Source: an uncultured Gammaproteobacteria bacterium (GTDB lineage Bacteria; Patescibacteriota; Microgenomatia; UBA8517). Taken from it: a stretch of 64,000 nt of DNA. Both the position numbers and the translations under genes were made by a program. Below are positions 1 to 9,405 of the stretch, piece by piece. The notes beneath the pieces are model-generated. The model saw only the letters and a program-made list of their open reading frames with translations. It ran no database searches and was not told the DNA's origin. The stretch's first letter is position 1; each line of letters begins with the position of its first letter. The stretch is taken from the NCBI GenBank assembly GCA_965231135.1, contig OZ246419.1, positions 577,488 through 641,487 on the forward strand. The letters run 5' to 3'.

Positions 1-656
1 TTCCTACAGAACAATATTTTACAGGCAACGGGACAATAAACGGATCATATTTTTTTGCCAAGAACGGATTTATAACTGTCGCACCAGACTTTTTAGGATA
101 TGGAGATTCTGATAAAGAATCAAGCAATGTCTTTGAATCGCGATTTCAAACTTATACAACTGTTATGGCAGTTCTAAAATCAGTTGGTCAAATTCCAAAC
201 TGGGATGGGAAAAATATTTTCATTTGGGCACATAGCAATGGCGGTCAGATTGCTCTAACTACTCTTGAAATCACAGGAGTAAATTATCCAACTGTTTTGT
301 GGGCTCCTGTTTCTTCCAGTTTTCCTTTTGATATTCTTTATTATAGCGACGAAGCTGATGATCAGGGAAAATCTTTAAGGAAGGAGCTTTCCACTTTTGA
401 AGATGTATATAATACTGATTTATATTCTTTAAATAATTATTTAGACAAAATAAAAGCTCCAATACAACTTGACCAAGGAACAGCTGATGATAGCGTACCA
501 GTAGATTGGAGCGATAATCTAGCTGATAATCTCAAAAAACAAGGTCTTCCTGTTGTTTATAACAAATATCCTGGTGCTGATCATATGATGACTCCGCTTT
601 GGAATACCGTTATACAGAAAGACCTTGAGTACTTCACAAAAAATTTGAAAAATTAA
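1..656 (+). CDS. alpha/beta-hydrolase fold esterase/peptidase (S9/DLH-like), 5'-partial (ORF open to the window edge)
   Basis: The reading frame stays open from position 3. It carries a nucleophile-elbow-like 'AHSNGG' and a C-terminal 'GADH' catalytic His region. Confidence 0.5.
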   Translation, partial: PTEQYFTGNGTINGSYFFAKNGFITVAPDFLGYGDSDKESSNVFESRFQTYTTVMAVLKSVGQIPNWDGKNIFIWAHSNGGQIALTTLEITGVNYPTVLWAPVSSSFPFDILYYSDEADDQGKSLRKELSTFEDVYNTDLYSLNNYLDKIKAPIQLDQGTADDSVPVDWSDNLADNLKKQGLPVVYNKYPGADHMMTPLWNTVIQKDLEYFTKNLKN

Positions 657-913
657 TTTCTGTTTTCTTGTGGTTTGGCTTCGTTAACGTTGATATTGCG
701 GCCTTTTAATGGCTGTTGATTCATAGCCTCCATAGCTTTTTGAGCTTCTTCAGCAGTCGCAAACTCAACAAATCCAAAACCTCTGCTTCTTCTTGTTTCA
801 CGATCTGTGATAACAACTGCATCTGTAACGTTTCCGTAAGCTGCAAAAGCTGATTTTAAATCATCACTTGTTACTGTGTAATCCAAATTTCCAATAAATA
901 ATTTTGTTGACAT
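653..913 (-). CDS. RRM-type RNA-binding protein
   Basis: RNP2 'LFIGNL' and RNP1 'RGFGFVEF' motifs are present. The protein is 86 aa. Confidence 0.85.
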   Translation of the reverse strand: MSTKLFIGNLDYTVTSDDLKSAFAAYGNVTDAVVITDRETRRSRGFGFVEFATAEEAQKAMEAMNQQPLKGRNINVNEAKPQENRN

Positions 914-1135
914 TTTTCCTTGCTCCTTTCTAAACCTGACTCTTTTCGAACATCTGGCATGAATATTGTATAATAAATGTTATGACTAATCAAAAAGCAC
1001 CAAAATTCGCGTCCAAATTCGGGAAACCTTTAGGGGGTTCTCTCTTTACTGGGCCAAAAAAAGAAGATAATAAAAACGCAAAACAAGTTGGAGGATTTGA
1101 CCCTGCAAGATTTAAGACACAACACAAGGGATAAA

Positions 1136-1564
1136 TTATCTTTCTTTTGAAGGAGTCCAGTGAACTCTTCTATACACTTCGCCGTCATTAAAATTTATAT
1201 CTTTTCTTTTTAATTTTAATAAATTTCTTTGCCAGAAACTTCTTTTTTCTTGAATTTTTATTTTTGCGATCTGTTCTCCTGCAATTACTTCATAAAGCGG
1301 ATCTATGTCATTAATTTGATTTTTTGAAAGCTTGTCGTATGATTCTCTGAACCATCTTTGTTCGTTTAAATGTAAATTAATTGTGTCAGGATCTATGACT
1401 TCTATATCTCCAAATAAGGTCTGCGGTTGATATCCTGAATCTAGAACCATATAAACAATATTTTCTAACTTTTCTCCGGCAGTTAATTCTCTTTCCTGTA
1501 AAACAATAGCTTCTGAATCTGGTTTTCCGTAGGAGCAGTACACTAGTTGGTCTTTGATTGGCAT
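1136..1564 (-). CDS. hypothetical protein
   Basis: The 142-aa ORF has no recognisable motif. Confidence 0.3.
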   Translation of the reverse strand: MPIKDQLVYCSYGKPDSEAIVLQERELTAGEKLENIVYMVLDSGYQPQTLFGDIEVIDPDTINLHLNEQRWFRESYDKLSKNQINDIDPLYEVIAGEQIAKIKIQEKRSFWQRNLLKLKRKDINFNDGEVYRRVHWTPSKER

Positions 1565-1603
1565 AACTTAAGTATTATATATATTTTATGATATAATTCA
1601 CGC

Positions 1604-2428
1604 ATGACAAGCACAAATATTGCAAGGACTGATGACGGGACTATTCAAATAAACTTTTCTATTCCTAAAGCTGATATTGATAAAGCACAGGAAAAAGCAG
1701 TCGAGGAATTATCAAAAGACATAACTGTAAAAGGATTTAGAAAAGGCAAAGCTCCAGTTGATAAAGCTAAAGAGAGAATTGACCCTGGAATGCTTCTTGA
1801 AAAAACTTTGGGGCAAATATTACCTGCCGCTTACACAAAAGCAATTGATGAAAACAAAATCAAACCAATAATTTATCCAAAGTTTGAAATTATGAAACAA
1901 GGAGATATCTGGGAAATTCAGGCAAAAGTTGCAGAATTACCGATAGTTGATTTGCCAGATTATAACGACATGGTTGCAGGAGCGATTCGAGCTGCATCTT
2001 TAAAGAAAGAATTAAGCAAACAAGAAAAAGAAGATGTTGTAATAAAAACTTTAATTGATTCAATAAAAGTGAAAGTTCCTAAGATTATTATTGATGAAGA
2101 AGTAAATGCTAGGCTCTCACAATTACTTGAAAGAACAGAAAAGCTTGGACTTAAACTTGAACAATATTTAGCAAGTATCGGGAAAACTGAACAAAGTCTT
2201 CGAGAGGAATATGAAAAACAGGTCGTTGATGGAATTTCCTTAGAACTTATTTTAAATAAAATGGCAGAAGTTGAAAAAATTGAAGCACCAGAATCTGAAG
2301 TAGAAACTGCAATAAAAAGCGCTGGGGTTACAGAAACTCACCAAGGACATGTTGACGAGCAAAAACAAATTGTACGAAGCGTACTTAAGCGCAGAATAGT
2401 TCTTGACCGACTTGCAAGTCTATCTTAA
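1604..2428 (+). CDS. tig: trigger factor, short form lacking the PPIase domain
   Basis: The N-terminal ribosome-binding signature 'GFRKGKAPV' is followed directly by a helical C-domain-like region. No FKBP segment is present. Confidence 0.6.
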   Translation: MTSTNIARTDDGTIQINFSIPKADIDKAQEKAVEELSKDITVKGFRKGKAPVDKAKERIDPGMLLEKTLGQILPAAYTKAIDENKIKPIIYPKFEIMKQGDIWEIQAKVAELPIVDLPDYNDMVAGAIRAASLKKELSKQEKEDVVIKTLIDSIKVKVPKIIIDEEVNARLSQLLERTEKLGLKLEQYLASIGKTEQSLREEYEKQVVDGISLELILNKMAEVEKIEAPESEVETAIKSAGVTETHQGHVDEQKQIVRSVLKRRIVLDRLASLS

Positions 2429-3068
2429 TATGGGGCAAATGGCTGACAAAACTTCAAAGCAGCAAAAAATAAAACAGATAAGGCAGGCTAACATTTTAGA
2501 AAGCCTAAAGGATCTTGGCGGAAATACTGGAAAAGCATTAGCACGCGAATCGGGAGCAATGAGCGAAGAATTTTTCAGACAACTTCTTGGAATCAAAAAG
2601 GCAAAAGTTTCTGGAGATTTGGAGCGAGGACAATCTTTTCAGCCAGGCAAAGCAATGACTGGAGAATATCAACAGGAACAAAAAGCCCAAAAACAAATAA
2701 GATTTGAAAGAAGACTTCTTGAAGAGCAAAAAGCCGAAGTCGAGAGAAAAAATAGTGAGTTGCAATTACAGCTTCATGCAATAACTAGAGAAATGCAATC
2801 TGTCGTTGAGACAACTCCAAAATTGGCAAAAGAAATACAAATCGCCCAAATAATTTCAGGAAACAAACCAGATATATATCATCTTTTGTTTTTAAATAAA
2901 ATTTTACAGTTTTTAAAAGATTTCAAGAAGAACATAGAGAATGCTTCAATCTGGTTTGCTGCACAAAATAAGCGTGCAAATAAACGAAATTTCTGGAACC
3001 AATATAAAGTGCAAAAAGGCTCAGCTTTATTAAACCCTGAAACTTATTCGCAAAGAAGTGCTGGTTAA
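2403..3068 (+). CDS. hypothetical coiled-coil protein
   Basis: The central region is rich in charged residues and Q/E/K heptad-like repeats. Confidence 0.3.
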   Translation: MTDLQVYLNMGQMADKTSKQQKIKQIRQANILESLKDLGGNTGKALARESGAMSEEFFRQLLGIKKAKVSGDLERGQSFQPGKAMTGEYQQEQKAQKQIRFERRLLEEQKAEVERKNSELQLQLHAITREMQSVVETTPKLAKEIQIAQIISGNKPDIYHLLFLNKILQFLKDFKKNIENASIWFAAQNKRANKRNFWNQYKVQKGSALLNPETYSQRSAG

Positions 3069-3235
3069 TGTATAATATTCCTAATGTTTAAGAAACTTCT
3101 CACGGCAGAGCCGCAAGCTTTGCTTATTATTAATTTGGTCGCCCTTATTACAAGGGCCTAAGTTAATGTGAGAGGGATGTAAAAGTAAAATAAAAATCAA
3201 AAAGCAAACCTTTCACACGAGAGGTTTTTTATTTT

Positions 3236-3640
3236 ATGGAAAGTTTTAATAAATACAAACCAGAAGATAATACTATAAATAAATGCGAGAACTGCCATGC
3301 TTGTTGCAAGAACATGATTATGAAGATAGAAAGTTTACAGAGAAGAAAAGCCTATCCAAATGCAATAAGATCTTCTTTTTACGGCACTCAATATTTATCC
3401 GAAAGTTGCGATGAAGGTGTTTATTATATCGAAACAAATGAATCCAGTCATACAGGTTTTGATACATTTGATGAAATTGTAATTAATGGAGACTGTCCAA
3501 ACTTGAAAGATAACGGCTGGTGTGGAATTTATAAAAGAAGACCTGATGCATGCACTTTGTTTAAAAAAGATTCTAAAGCATGCGTAGATAAAAAGTTAGA
3601 AGAATTTATACCAGATGAAACATTAAAGATTGTGAGGTGA
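3236..3640 (+). CDS. YkgJ-family putative Zn/Fe-chelating CxxCxxCC-domain protein
   Basis: The N-terminal motif is 'CENCHACC'. Confidence 0.45.
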   Translation: MESFNKYKPEDNTINKCENCHACCKNMIMKIESLQRRKAYPNAIRSSFYGTQYLSESCDEGVYYIETNESSHTGFDTFDEIVINGDCPNLKDNGWCGIYKRRPDACTLFKKDSKACVDKKLEEFIPDETLKIVR

Positions 3641-3644
3641 TAAT

Positions 3645-3836
3645 ATGACAGAAAGAGAAATAAGAACAAAAGGTTTTAATTGCGATAAGATAATGGAAGA
3701 GGTATTTGGACCAGATAAAGGTTGTGAGCCATATAGTGAAAATGTACAAAACCCAGTTGCAACAGTACAAGTACAATATCCAAGACCATTAATGCCAACA
3801 GCAAAAGGTTTGGGAGAAATGGTTAATGGAGAATAA
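3645..3836 (+). CDS. hypothetical small protein
   Basis: The 63-aa ORF follows the previous gene closely. Confidence 0.2.
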   Translation: MTEREIRTKGFNCDKIMEEVFGPDKGCEPYSENVQNPVATVQVQYPRPLMPTAKGLGEMVNGE

Positions 3837-3876
3837 GTAGATATGGATAGGTGGGTGATATATAATACACCTATCC

Positions 3877-3950
3877 GGGCGGTTAGCTCAGTTGGCTAGA
3901 GCGCTTTCTTGACGTGAAAGAGGTCGGGGGTTCGAGCCCCTCATCGCCCA
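3877..3950 (+). tRNA. tRNA-Val (anticodon GAC)
   Basis: The sequence folds as a cloverleaf: acceptor GGGCGGT/ATCGCCC, D-stem GCTC/GAGC, anticodon stem CTTTC/GAAAG with loop TTGACGT, T-arm GGGGG-TTCGAGC-CCCTC, and discriminator A. No CCA is encoded. Confidence 0.85.
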
Positions 3951-3951
3951 C
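3902..3951 (+). repeat. attL: 50-bp direct repeat (3' part of tRNA-Val), identical to 11087..11136
   Basis: An exact 50/50 match, 'cgctttcttgacgtgaaagaggtcgggggttcgagcccctcatcgcccac', appears at both sites. Confidence 0.85.
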
Positions 3952-3975
3952 TTGTATTTATGAAAAGTCGTTGCT

Positions 3976-5052
3976 GTGACAACGGCAGTCCGCTACAGAC
4001 GGCATAACGCTCAGGTGGTAACTCTCGGGAAGTTAGAAGCAATCCCTTGGGTTGCTATGGCTAACTTACAAGGTAAACATTTAGAAATCATATTAACTAA
4101 GTATCTTCAATGGTGCAAAATTGAACGTGGTCTTGCAAAGCAAACAGTTGCTGGGAAAAAACAGACTCTTGGCCATTTTTTGAAATATCTTGACGGCGAA
4201 AAATTGACGTTGAAGACTTCCAAAGATTATATGTATCATTTAAGTTCCGATTTGGGTTGGTCGGCAAATGGAATCAGAAGTGACTTTAATTCAAAAGTTA
4301 AACCATTTATTCATTGGCTTTTTGAAACAAAATATATAAAGATTGATTGGTCCAAAAAGATTAAGGTTCCCAAAGCACAACCAAAACAATATCCAGTAGT
4401 AAGTTTCGAAGAGCTAGATAAAACCATCTTCGCTGGAACCTCATTCACAGAAAAGGACTGTAAGCTTGCTAAAGAACGAAGGCTGGAAAACAGGGAAGCC
4501 TTACTCTTCGAAGCCAGAACAGGTTTAAGAATCGGGGCAATTATTGGACTCAAGAAAGAAGATGTCAATCTCAACTCTATCCCAGCAACTTTTAATGTTT
4601 ACAGTAAAGGTAAATTTCATACTGGCATAGTTCCTCCCGACTTAATTGAAATGATGAAAAGAAGATGTGTTGGCCCTGGAAAAGTTTTCAATGTTTATGG
4701 CGGCAGTCTTAATCACTATATAAGAAGAGGTTGCGAGAAGTTGGGAATATCAAATGATTTCCATTTCCATACCATGCGGCACAGTTTTGCCACAAGTTTA
4801 TTAAATAACGGGACAGATATTAGTATGGTAAGCAAAATCCTGGGTCATAGCAGTATTGGCATCACCGCAGACATTTATAGCCATTATTCCGTGCAAGACA
4901 AAGCCAGGGTTATTAATTCAATTCCTACAGTAAGAAAGTCTCTATCCACAGAGGAAAGGGCAAAAATAGTTATAGAAAAACTACAAAAAGACTTTGGTAT
5001 TATCAAATACACAAGAAAAGGTGAAAAACTAACAATTAATATCAAAATATAA
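3976..5052 (+). CDS. int: tyrosine recombinase / phage-type integrase
   Basis: The C-terminal catalytic signature is 'HTMRHSFATSLL...ILGHSSIGITADIYSHY'. The track begins at a GTG at 3976. An ATG at about 4054 is an alternative start. Confidence 0.85.
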   Translation: MTTAVRYRRHNAQVVTLGKLEAIPWVAMANLQGKHLEIILTKYLQWCKIERGLAKQTVAGKKQTLGHFLKYLDGEKLTLKTSKDYMYHLSSDLGWSANGIRSDFNSKVKPFIHWLFETKYIKIDWSKKIKVPKAQPKQYPVVSFEELDKTIFAGTSFTEKDCKLAKERRLENREALLFEARTGLRIGAIIGLKKEDVNLNSIPATFNVYSKGKFHTGIVPPDLIEMMKRRCVGPGKVFNVYGGSLNHYIRRGCEKLGISNDFHFHTMRHSFATSLLNNGTDISMVSKILGHSSIGITADIYSHYSVQDKARVINSIPTVRKSLSTEERAKIVIEKLQKDFGIIKYTRKGEKLTINIKI

Positions 5053-6798
5053 TTAGGAATAGTATTTTTGTAAGTCTCTCATCGGATCGTTATCTAAATC
5101 TGGGCCGACAGGTAACTTCTTCTTCCTAAGCAATTTAAGGGCATGTTTTAGATATTTCTTCTCAACAATTAATTCATGATTGGTTTTAGAAATTGCAAAA
5201 AAATCATGACTATCTAATGTCACTTCCTTTCTAGCTAGTTTTAAAAAAAGTTCAATTCTCGGAACAATAACTATTCTTTCCATAAACACCTTATCAGATT
5301 TATATGCATTTTCTAACCAATCTAATAAGTGTTGATGCACTGGCAATGCAGCAGCACCTGGAACAATCATGACGTTCGAAGGAGAAAAAAGTACAGCCTT
5401 ACGATCTTTAGATATACGAAAATGTAACATCTTGAATCTTTTTCCTTTGGAATCGTTTTCAGCGTTAGTCCAAAACTGAAAAATAGTAAGTGCTGGAAGA
5501 GGTTTGCCACTTCCTTTCTCAAAATTTATAACAATGCTATGTATTCCTGTTAAACCGAGAGCTACTTTCTTATCTGCATAATTTTCAAGGTTGATTAAAA
5601 TATAAATCGAATCAACGACTGCCTTTATTCTATCAATCTTATCAATTAAGTAGTCCACTTTATAAATTTTCCCTGAAGATTTTATTTTGATTACTTCCCT
5701 TTTCATGTCAATCAAATAATCATTATGGCCAGAAGTACTATTTCTCAACCCTGCATCATAAGCCATTCTTATTTTTCGCTTAAGAATAAGATCAGGGCAA
5801 TCATCAATTATCTTTTTGATCATTAAACCTTTCTTGTTTCCAATTTTTAAACCATTGTATTTTTTGCCAGCAAAAGGATTTAACATAAAAGATCCACCGT
5901 TACAAATATTTATAATGTTGTAAATTATATTAAGAACCTCGCTAATCTCAAAATAAGCTTGGTAAGCATCTAAGGCTATTTGGTAACTTCTCTTTTCAAC
6001 TTCCTTAACATCATTCATCCTCAACCTTTCCACAGGTACGAAACCACCGGTAATTCGCCTATAAGCCTCCTCTGATCGTAAATTATCTGATTCTTGTATT
6101 TTATTTAGTCCTATTTCTACCGATTCGAATAAAGTAGTGTAAGTTTTATCTTCGAAAAACATTTTGAGTGCTTTCTTGTATTCAGAAGGATTAACTTTCT
6201 CAGCCCGCTCAAATAAATTGTTAAATGCACTTACATAAGGTACTTTATATTTCTTTCTTTTATTTACAGAAGTAGATGAACGATACTCATTAAGAAATAG
6301 CATATATTGCAGTCGCCACAGTCCGTAGTCAAAACTATAAAAACTATCTGTAGGCAATAATCCAGCACCTAACTTATAAGCCTGAGCTGGATTTTCAATT
6401 AACAACTTACTAATCATGTTGGTTCTATTTCTAATTTGAGAATTAATCGAAGATATTGAGTTTACAAAACCTTCTTTATGCCAGCATTCAGCAAGAGGTC
6501 TTTTTAGATGCAAAAGTTTTGATCTCTTCACATACTGTCTAGTTAACATCACAAGCGCACCACACGTACACCTGTGCAGTTGTATACTCGAAGAATCATC
6601 ACTAAGAGCTTTCTCTACGCTCAACCAGAAACTACCAGCATATGGCAAACTCTTATAAACACCTTCCAGATAGCGAATATCCAACTGGTCTAGTTCCCTA
6701 ACTCTAGTTTCCGACTTCATAACATGATTATATTCGTTGTGTAAAGATATTTTAAAAAAGACATCTCTTAGGATGAATAATCCCCTGACTGTTTCCAC
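5053..6798 (-). CDS. large hypothetical protein, island cargo of unknown function
   Basis: The 581-aa ORF has no recognisable motif. The start may be the internal Met at about 6720. Confidence 0.4.
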   Translation of the reverse strand: METVRGLFILRDVFFKISLHNEYNHVMKSETRVRELDQLDIRYLEGVYKSLPYAGSFWLSVEKALSDDSSSIQLHRCTCGALVMLTRQYVKRSKLLHLKRPLAECWHKEGFVNSISSINSQIRNRTNMISKLLIENPAQAYKLGAGLLPTDSFYSFDYGLWRLQYMLFLNEYRSSTSVNKRKKYKVPYVSAFNNLFERAEKVNPSEYKKALKMFFEDKTYTTLFESVEIGLNKIQESDNLRSEEAYRRITGGFVPVERLRMNDVKEVEKRSYQIALDAYQAYFEISEVLNIIYNIINICNGGSFMLNPFAGKKYNGLKIGNKKGLMIKKIIDDCPDLILKRKIRMAYDAGLRNSTSGHNDYLIDMKREVIKIKSSGKIYKVDYLIDKIDRIKAVVDSIYILINLENYADKKVALGLTGIHSIVINFEKGSGKPLPALTIFQFWTNAENDSKGKRFKMLHFRISKDRKAVLFSPSNVMIVPGAAALPVHQHLLDWLENAYKSDKVFMERIVIVPRIELFLKLARKEVTLDSHDFFAISKTNHELIVEKKYLKHALKLLRKKKLPVGPDLDNDPMRDLQKYYS

Positions 6799-6995
6799 AA
6801 ATGAGCACGACCTTCACCTTTTACTCTAGGCATGATGTCACGAAGAGGAGTCTTACGATCTGTCAACTTGACGATCTCAGCTTCCAAGTCTTGACGTGCC
6901 AATAAAGAATTAGGAATAGGACCTGCAAAGCCACCTACGTCCACGTTCTTAGCAAAAAGATTCAATACTGCTTCTGGATCAATTGGATTGTTCAT
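6768..6995 (-). CDS. hypothetical small protein in a locally GC-richer segment
   Basis: The 75-aa ORF is noticeably more GC-rich than its flanks. No motif was recognised. Confidence 0.2.
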   Translation of the reverse strand: MNNPIDPEAVLNLFAKNVDVGGFAGPIPNSLLARQDLEAEIVKLTDRKTPLRDIMPRVKGEGRAHLWKQSGDYSS

Positions 6996-7007
6996 TAAAA
7001 TTGTTGT

Positions 7008-7036
7008 TTGACAAAGCCTGTAGTAAAGAATATATT
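7008..7036 (+). promoter_or_regulatory. sigma70-like promoter for the precursor operon
   Basis: TTGACA (7008-7013), a 17-nt spacer, then TATATT (7031-7036). An SD 'aaggtga' lies 8 nt before the ATG at 7072. Confidence 0.45.
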
Positions 7037-7071
7037 CTTTTTACATATTAATATGAGAGAAGGTGATTTAA

Positions 7072-7269
7072 ATGAGTAGAGAAGAAAGAAATCTAATAGA
7101 TGCATTACCACAACAAAATATTGGCGTTGCCATTAAAGGCCAGGATTGTGAACAAAGCTGTGGAAGTTGTAATAGCTGTGCCTGTGGAGACAATAGCTGT
7201 GGAAGTTGTTCATCGTGTGCTGATTGTGGATGCAATTGTTCAAATAGAGAAGGCAATATAACTAAATAG
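7072..7269 (+). CDS. RiPP precursor peptide (LAP/TOMM type), Cys/Ser/Gly-rich core
   Basis: The 65-aa peptide has a leader 'MSREERNLIDALPQQNIGVAIKGQD' and a core 'CEQSCGSCNSCACGDNSCGSCSSCADCGCNCS...'. It sits immediately upstream of the YcaO and SagB-like genes. Confidence 0.75.
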   Translation: MSREERNLIDALPQQNIGVAIKGQDCEQSCGSCNSCACGDNSCGSCSSCADCGCNCSNREGNITK

Positions 7270-7317
7270 TTATTTTTCAAGCAGTTTGCTATACTTTGGT
7301 GGTTTTTAAGCGTGTAA

Positions 7318-8625
7318 ATGAAAAATAATACCGTCAATACCATCAAAGAAATAGCATCTGCTTTACAGGATATTAAATTAGTTGAATCTTTTCAAAGAAC
7401 TCGTTTGCATTATGACGAGCCTAAGTTTTGGTTTTATTCTACAATCATAAACGATAAATATTTAAAGCACCAAGGGCAGCATTTTAGTTCTAATTCTTCT
7501 GGAGTATCTTTTTTTTCTCAAAATAAAGCCGTACTTAAATCACTATTTGAAGCGTTGGAAAGATATAGCAACTTTGCTTTCTTTAAAAAAGATATAGATT
7601 TCGTTGGAAGATTTGTTGATATCAAAACTAATGCAATTAATCCCGAATCCTTCTCGTATTTTTCGGAAAAACAATTAAATAATCCAGAATATAAAAAATT
7701 TAAAATAAACGATAAATCTAGATTTGATTGGACAAAGGTTAAATTATTAACCGACGGTAAGGAATATCTTGTACCCTGCCAGACAATATATCTTTCCTAC
7801 AAATTAATTAAGGGAGAGCCTACATTTTATCCTTCGATTAGTACAGGCGTAGCTGCTCATTCTGATTTGGACTCTGCAATTTTAGGAGGTATTTATGAGG
7901 TAATAGAGAGAGATTCTTTTATGATTTATTATTTAAATAAATTAAAACCAAAAAAATACAATTTAAAATCTTCTAAGAACAAAAAAATTCGCTCTCTGGC
8001 GGAAATTACCGAAAGATATCATATGGAATTATATTGTCTTGATATAACTACAGATTTAGGAATACCGACTGTGGCTTCCATTTTAATCGATCGATCGGGA
8101 TTAAGTAAGGCAGTTTCTGTAGGGTTAAAATCAAATTTAAATGTTGAAAAAGCTATCATTGGTTCAATTAACGAGGCCTACCATACAAGAAGTTGGATAA
8201 GAGAAGCATATATTCAAAATCCAACAAATATTACAGAAAAAGAGTTGCTTGAAAGTTCTAGTATGAAAAATAGAGGATTGCTTTGGTATAAACCTGAATC
8301 AATTTCTCATATTAACTTTTTAATTAAAGCGTTGAGATCTGAAGTTATTACCTTAAAAAATAATAATTTATCTGTAAAGGAACAAATCAGATATTTAAAT
8401 GACAGTTTAAATAAAGCTGGTTATAAAATTTATTATAAAGATATTACTCCTGAATATTTCAAAAATATCCATTTCAAAGCAGTAAAAGTAATAATACCTG
8501 GCATGCAACCATTATACTTAGAAGAAAAATTCGCACTTCGTGGAGGTAATAGATTGCACGCTGTTCCCGTTAAGTTGGGGTATAAAAATATTAGATTAAA
8601 CACCTACCCACATCCGTTTTTATGA
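7318..8625 (+). CDS. YcaO-domain cyclodehydratase (TOMM D protein)
   Basis: The YcaO ATP-binding motif is 'STGVAAHSDLDSAILGGIYEVIERD'. The C-terminus carries a Pro-rich 'YPHPFL' motif. Confidence 0.85.
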   Translation: MKNNTVNTIKEIASALQDIKLVESFQRTRLHYDEPKFWFYSTIINDKYLKHQGQHFSSNSSGVSFFSQNKAVLKSLFEALERYSNFAFFKKDIDFVGRFVDIKTNAINPESFSYFSEKQLNNPEYKKFKINDKSRFDWTKVKLLTDGKEYLVPCQTIYLSYKLIKGEPTFYPSISTGVAAHSDLDSAILGGIYEVIERDSFMIYYLNKLKPKKYNLKSSKNKKIRSLAEITERYHMELYCLDITTDLGIPTVASILIDRSGLSKAVSVGLKSNLNVEKAIIGSINEAYHTRSWIREAYIQNPTNITEKELLESSSMKNRGLLWYKPESISHINFLIKALRSEVITLKNNNLSVKEQIRYLNDSLNKAGYKIYYKDITPEYFKNIHFKAVKVIIPGMQPLYLEEKFALRGGNRLHAVPVKLGYKNIRLNTYPHPFL

Positions 8626-9392
8626 AAAACGATAAAACAATAAACATACTTAAAAAGCTAGAGCTTTCATCTTCAATAAAATTTAATAATAGTATTAAGA
8701 TAAAGAATTTTAGTAAAACAAAAACTTCATATAGTGCTTGGCCTGAGCAGTGGAAGAAGGTTTATTACAAAGCATATCCTAAATTTCCTCAAGTTTTGTT
8801 ACCTGATCCAGCAAGAGCACGCTGGAGCTTAGATGATGCATTGATTAAACGAAAATCTCAAAGAGAATTTACAAAAAAAGATATAAAAATCCAAGATCTC
8901 TCTACTTTGCTGTATTTTTCAAGCGGTTTAAAAGAACTTTTGTTTAAAGGATCTGGAGAAAGAAGGTTTTATCCTTCTGCAGGAGCTAGGTATCCTTTAG
9001 AAATTTATCCAGTCATTTTTAATGCGGAAAGCATTAAACCTGCAATTTATCATTATCATGTTAAAAGTCATTCTTTAGAAGAAATATATAGCAATAGTTT
9101 TGTAGCGCAAATAATTAAGCAGTTTAATCAACCATGGATACGTAAGTCTTCAATGTTAATTGTTGTTTCAGCTGTTTTTGAAAGGACTGATAACAAATAC
9201 GGAGATAGGGGGCTAAGACATATATTTACCGAATATGGTCATTATGCTCAAAATATTTACCTGATTTCACAAGAGCTAGGCCTTGGTTCATGTTCTATAG
9301 GCGGATTTATTGACGATGGATTGAACAAATTATTGGATTTTGACCCAATAGATGAAAGTGTAATTGGTGTTATTGCAATAGGAACTTTATAG
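8622..9392 (+). CDS. SagB-type dehydrogenase (azoline oxidase, TOMM B protein; nitroreductase fold)
   Basis: Signature motifs 'KRKSQREF', 'PSAGARYPLEIY' and 'YHYHVKSHSL' are present. An ATGA overlap links it to the ycaO gene. Confidence 0.85.
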   Translation: MKNDKTINILKKLELSSSIKFNNSIKIKNFSKTKTSYSAWPEQWKKVYYKAYPKFPQVLLPDPARARWSLDDALIKRKSQREFTKKDIKIQDLSTLLYFSSGLKELLFKGSGERRFYPSAGARYPLEIYPVIFNAESIKPAIYHYHVKSHSLEEIYSNSFVAQIIKQFNQPWIRKSSMLIVVSAVFERTDNKYGDRGLRHIFTEYGHYAQNIYLISQELGLGSCSIGGFIDDGLNKLLDFDPIDESVIGVIAIGTL

Positions 9393-9405
9393 TATAATTC
9401 TTTAG

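Noticed and set aside
981-1133. A 50-aa ORF (MTNQKAPKFASKFGKPLGG...) between the RRM gene and 1136..1564
   Set aside because: No recognisable family. It could be real, but there is no evidence beyond the open frame.
2538-2781. Two antisense ORFs (75 and 62 aa) inside the 2403..3068 gene
   Set aside because: They are fully nested opposite a longer ORF, Phe/Leu-rich from AT-rich antisense sequence, with no signals.
7068-7346. A 92-aa minus-strand ORF overlapping the Cys-rich precursor region
   Set aside because: The + strand ORF has an SD, a promoter and a Cys/Ser-rich core that matches the adjacent YcaO/SagB enzymes. The antisense frame is an artefact of the repetitive TGT/TGC codons.
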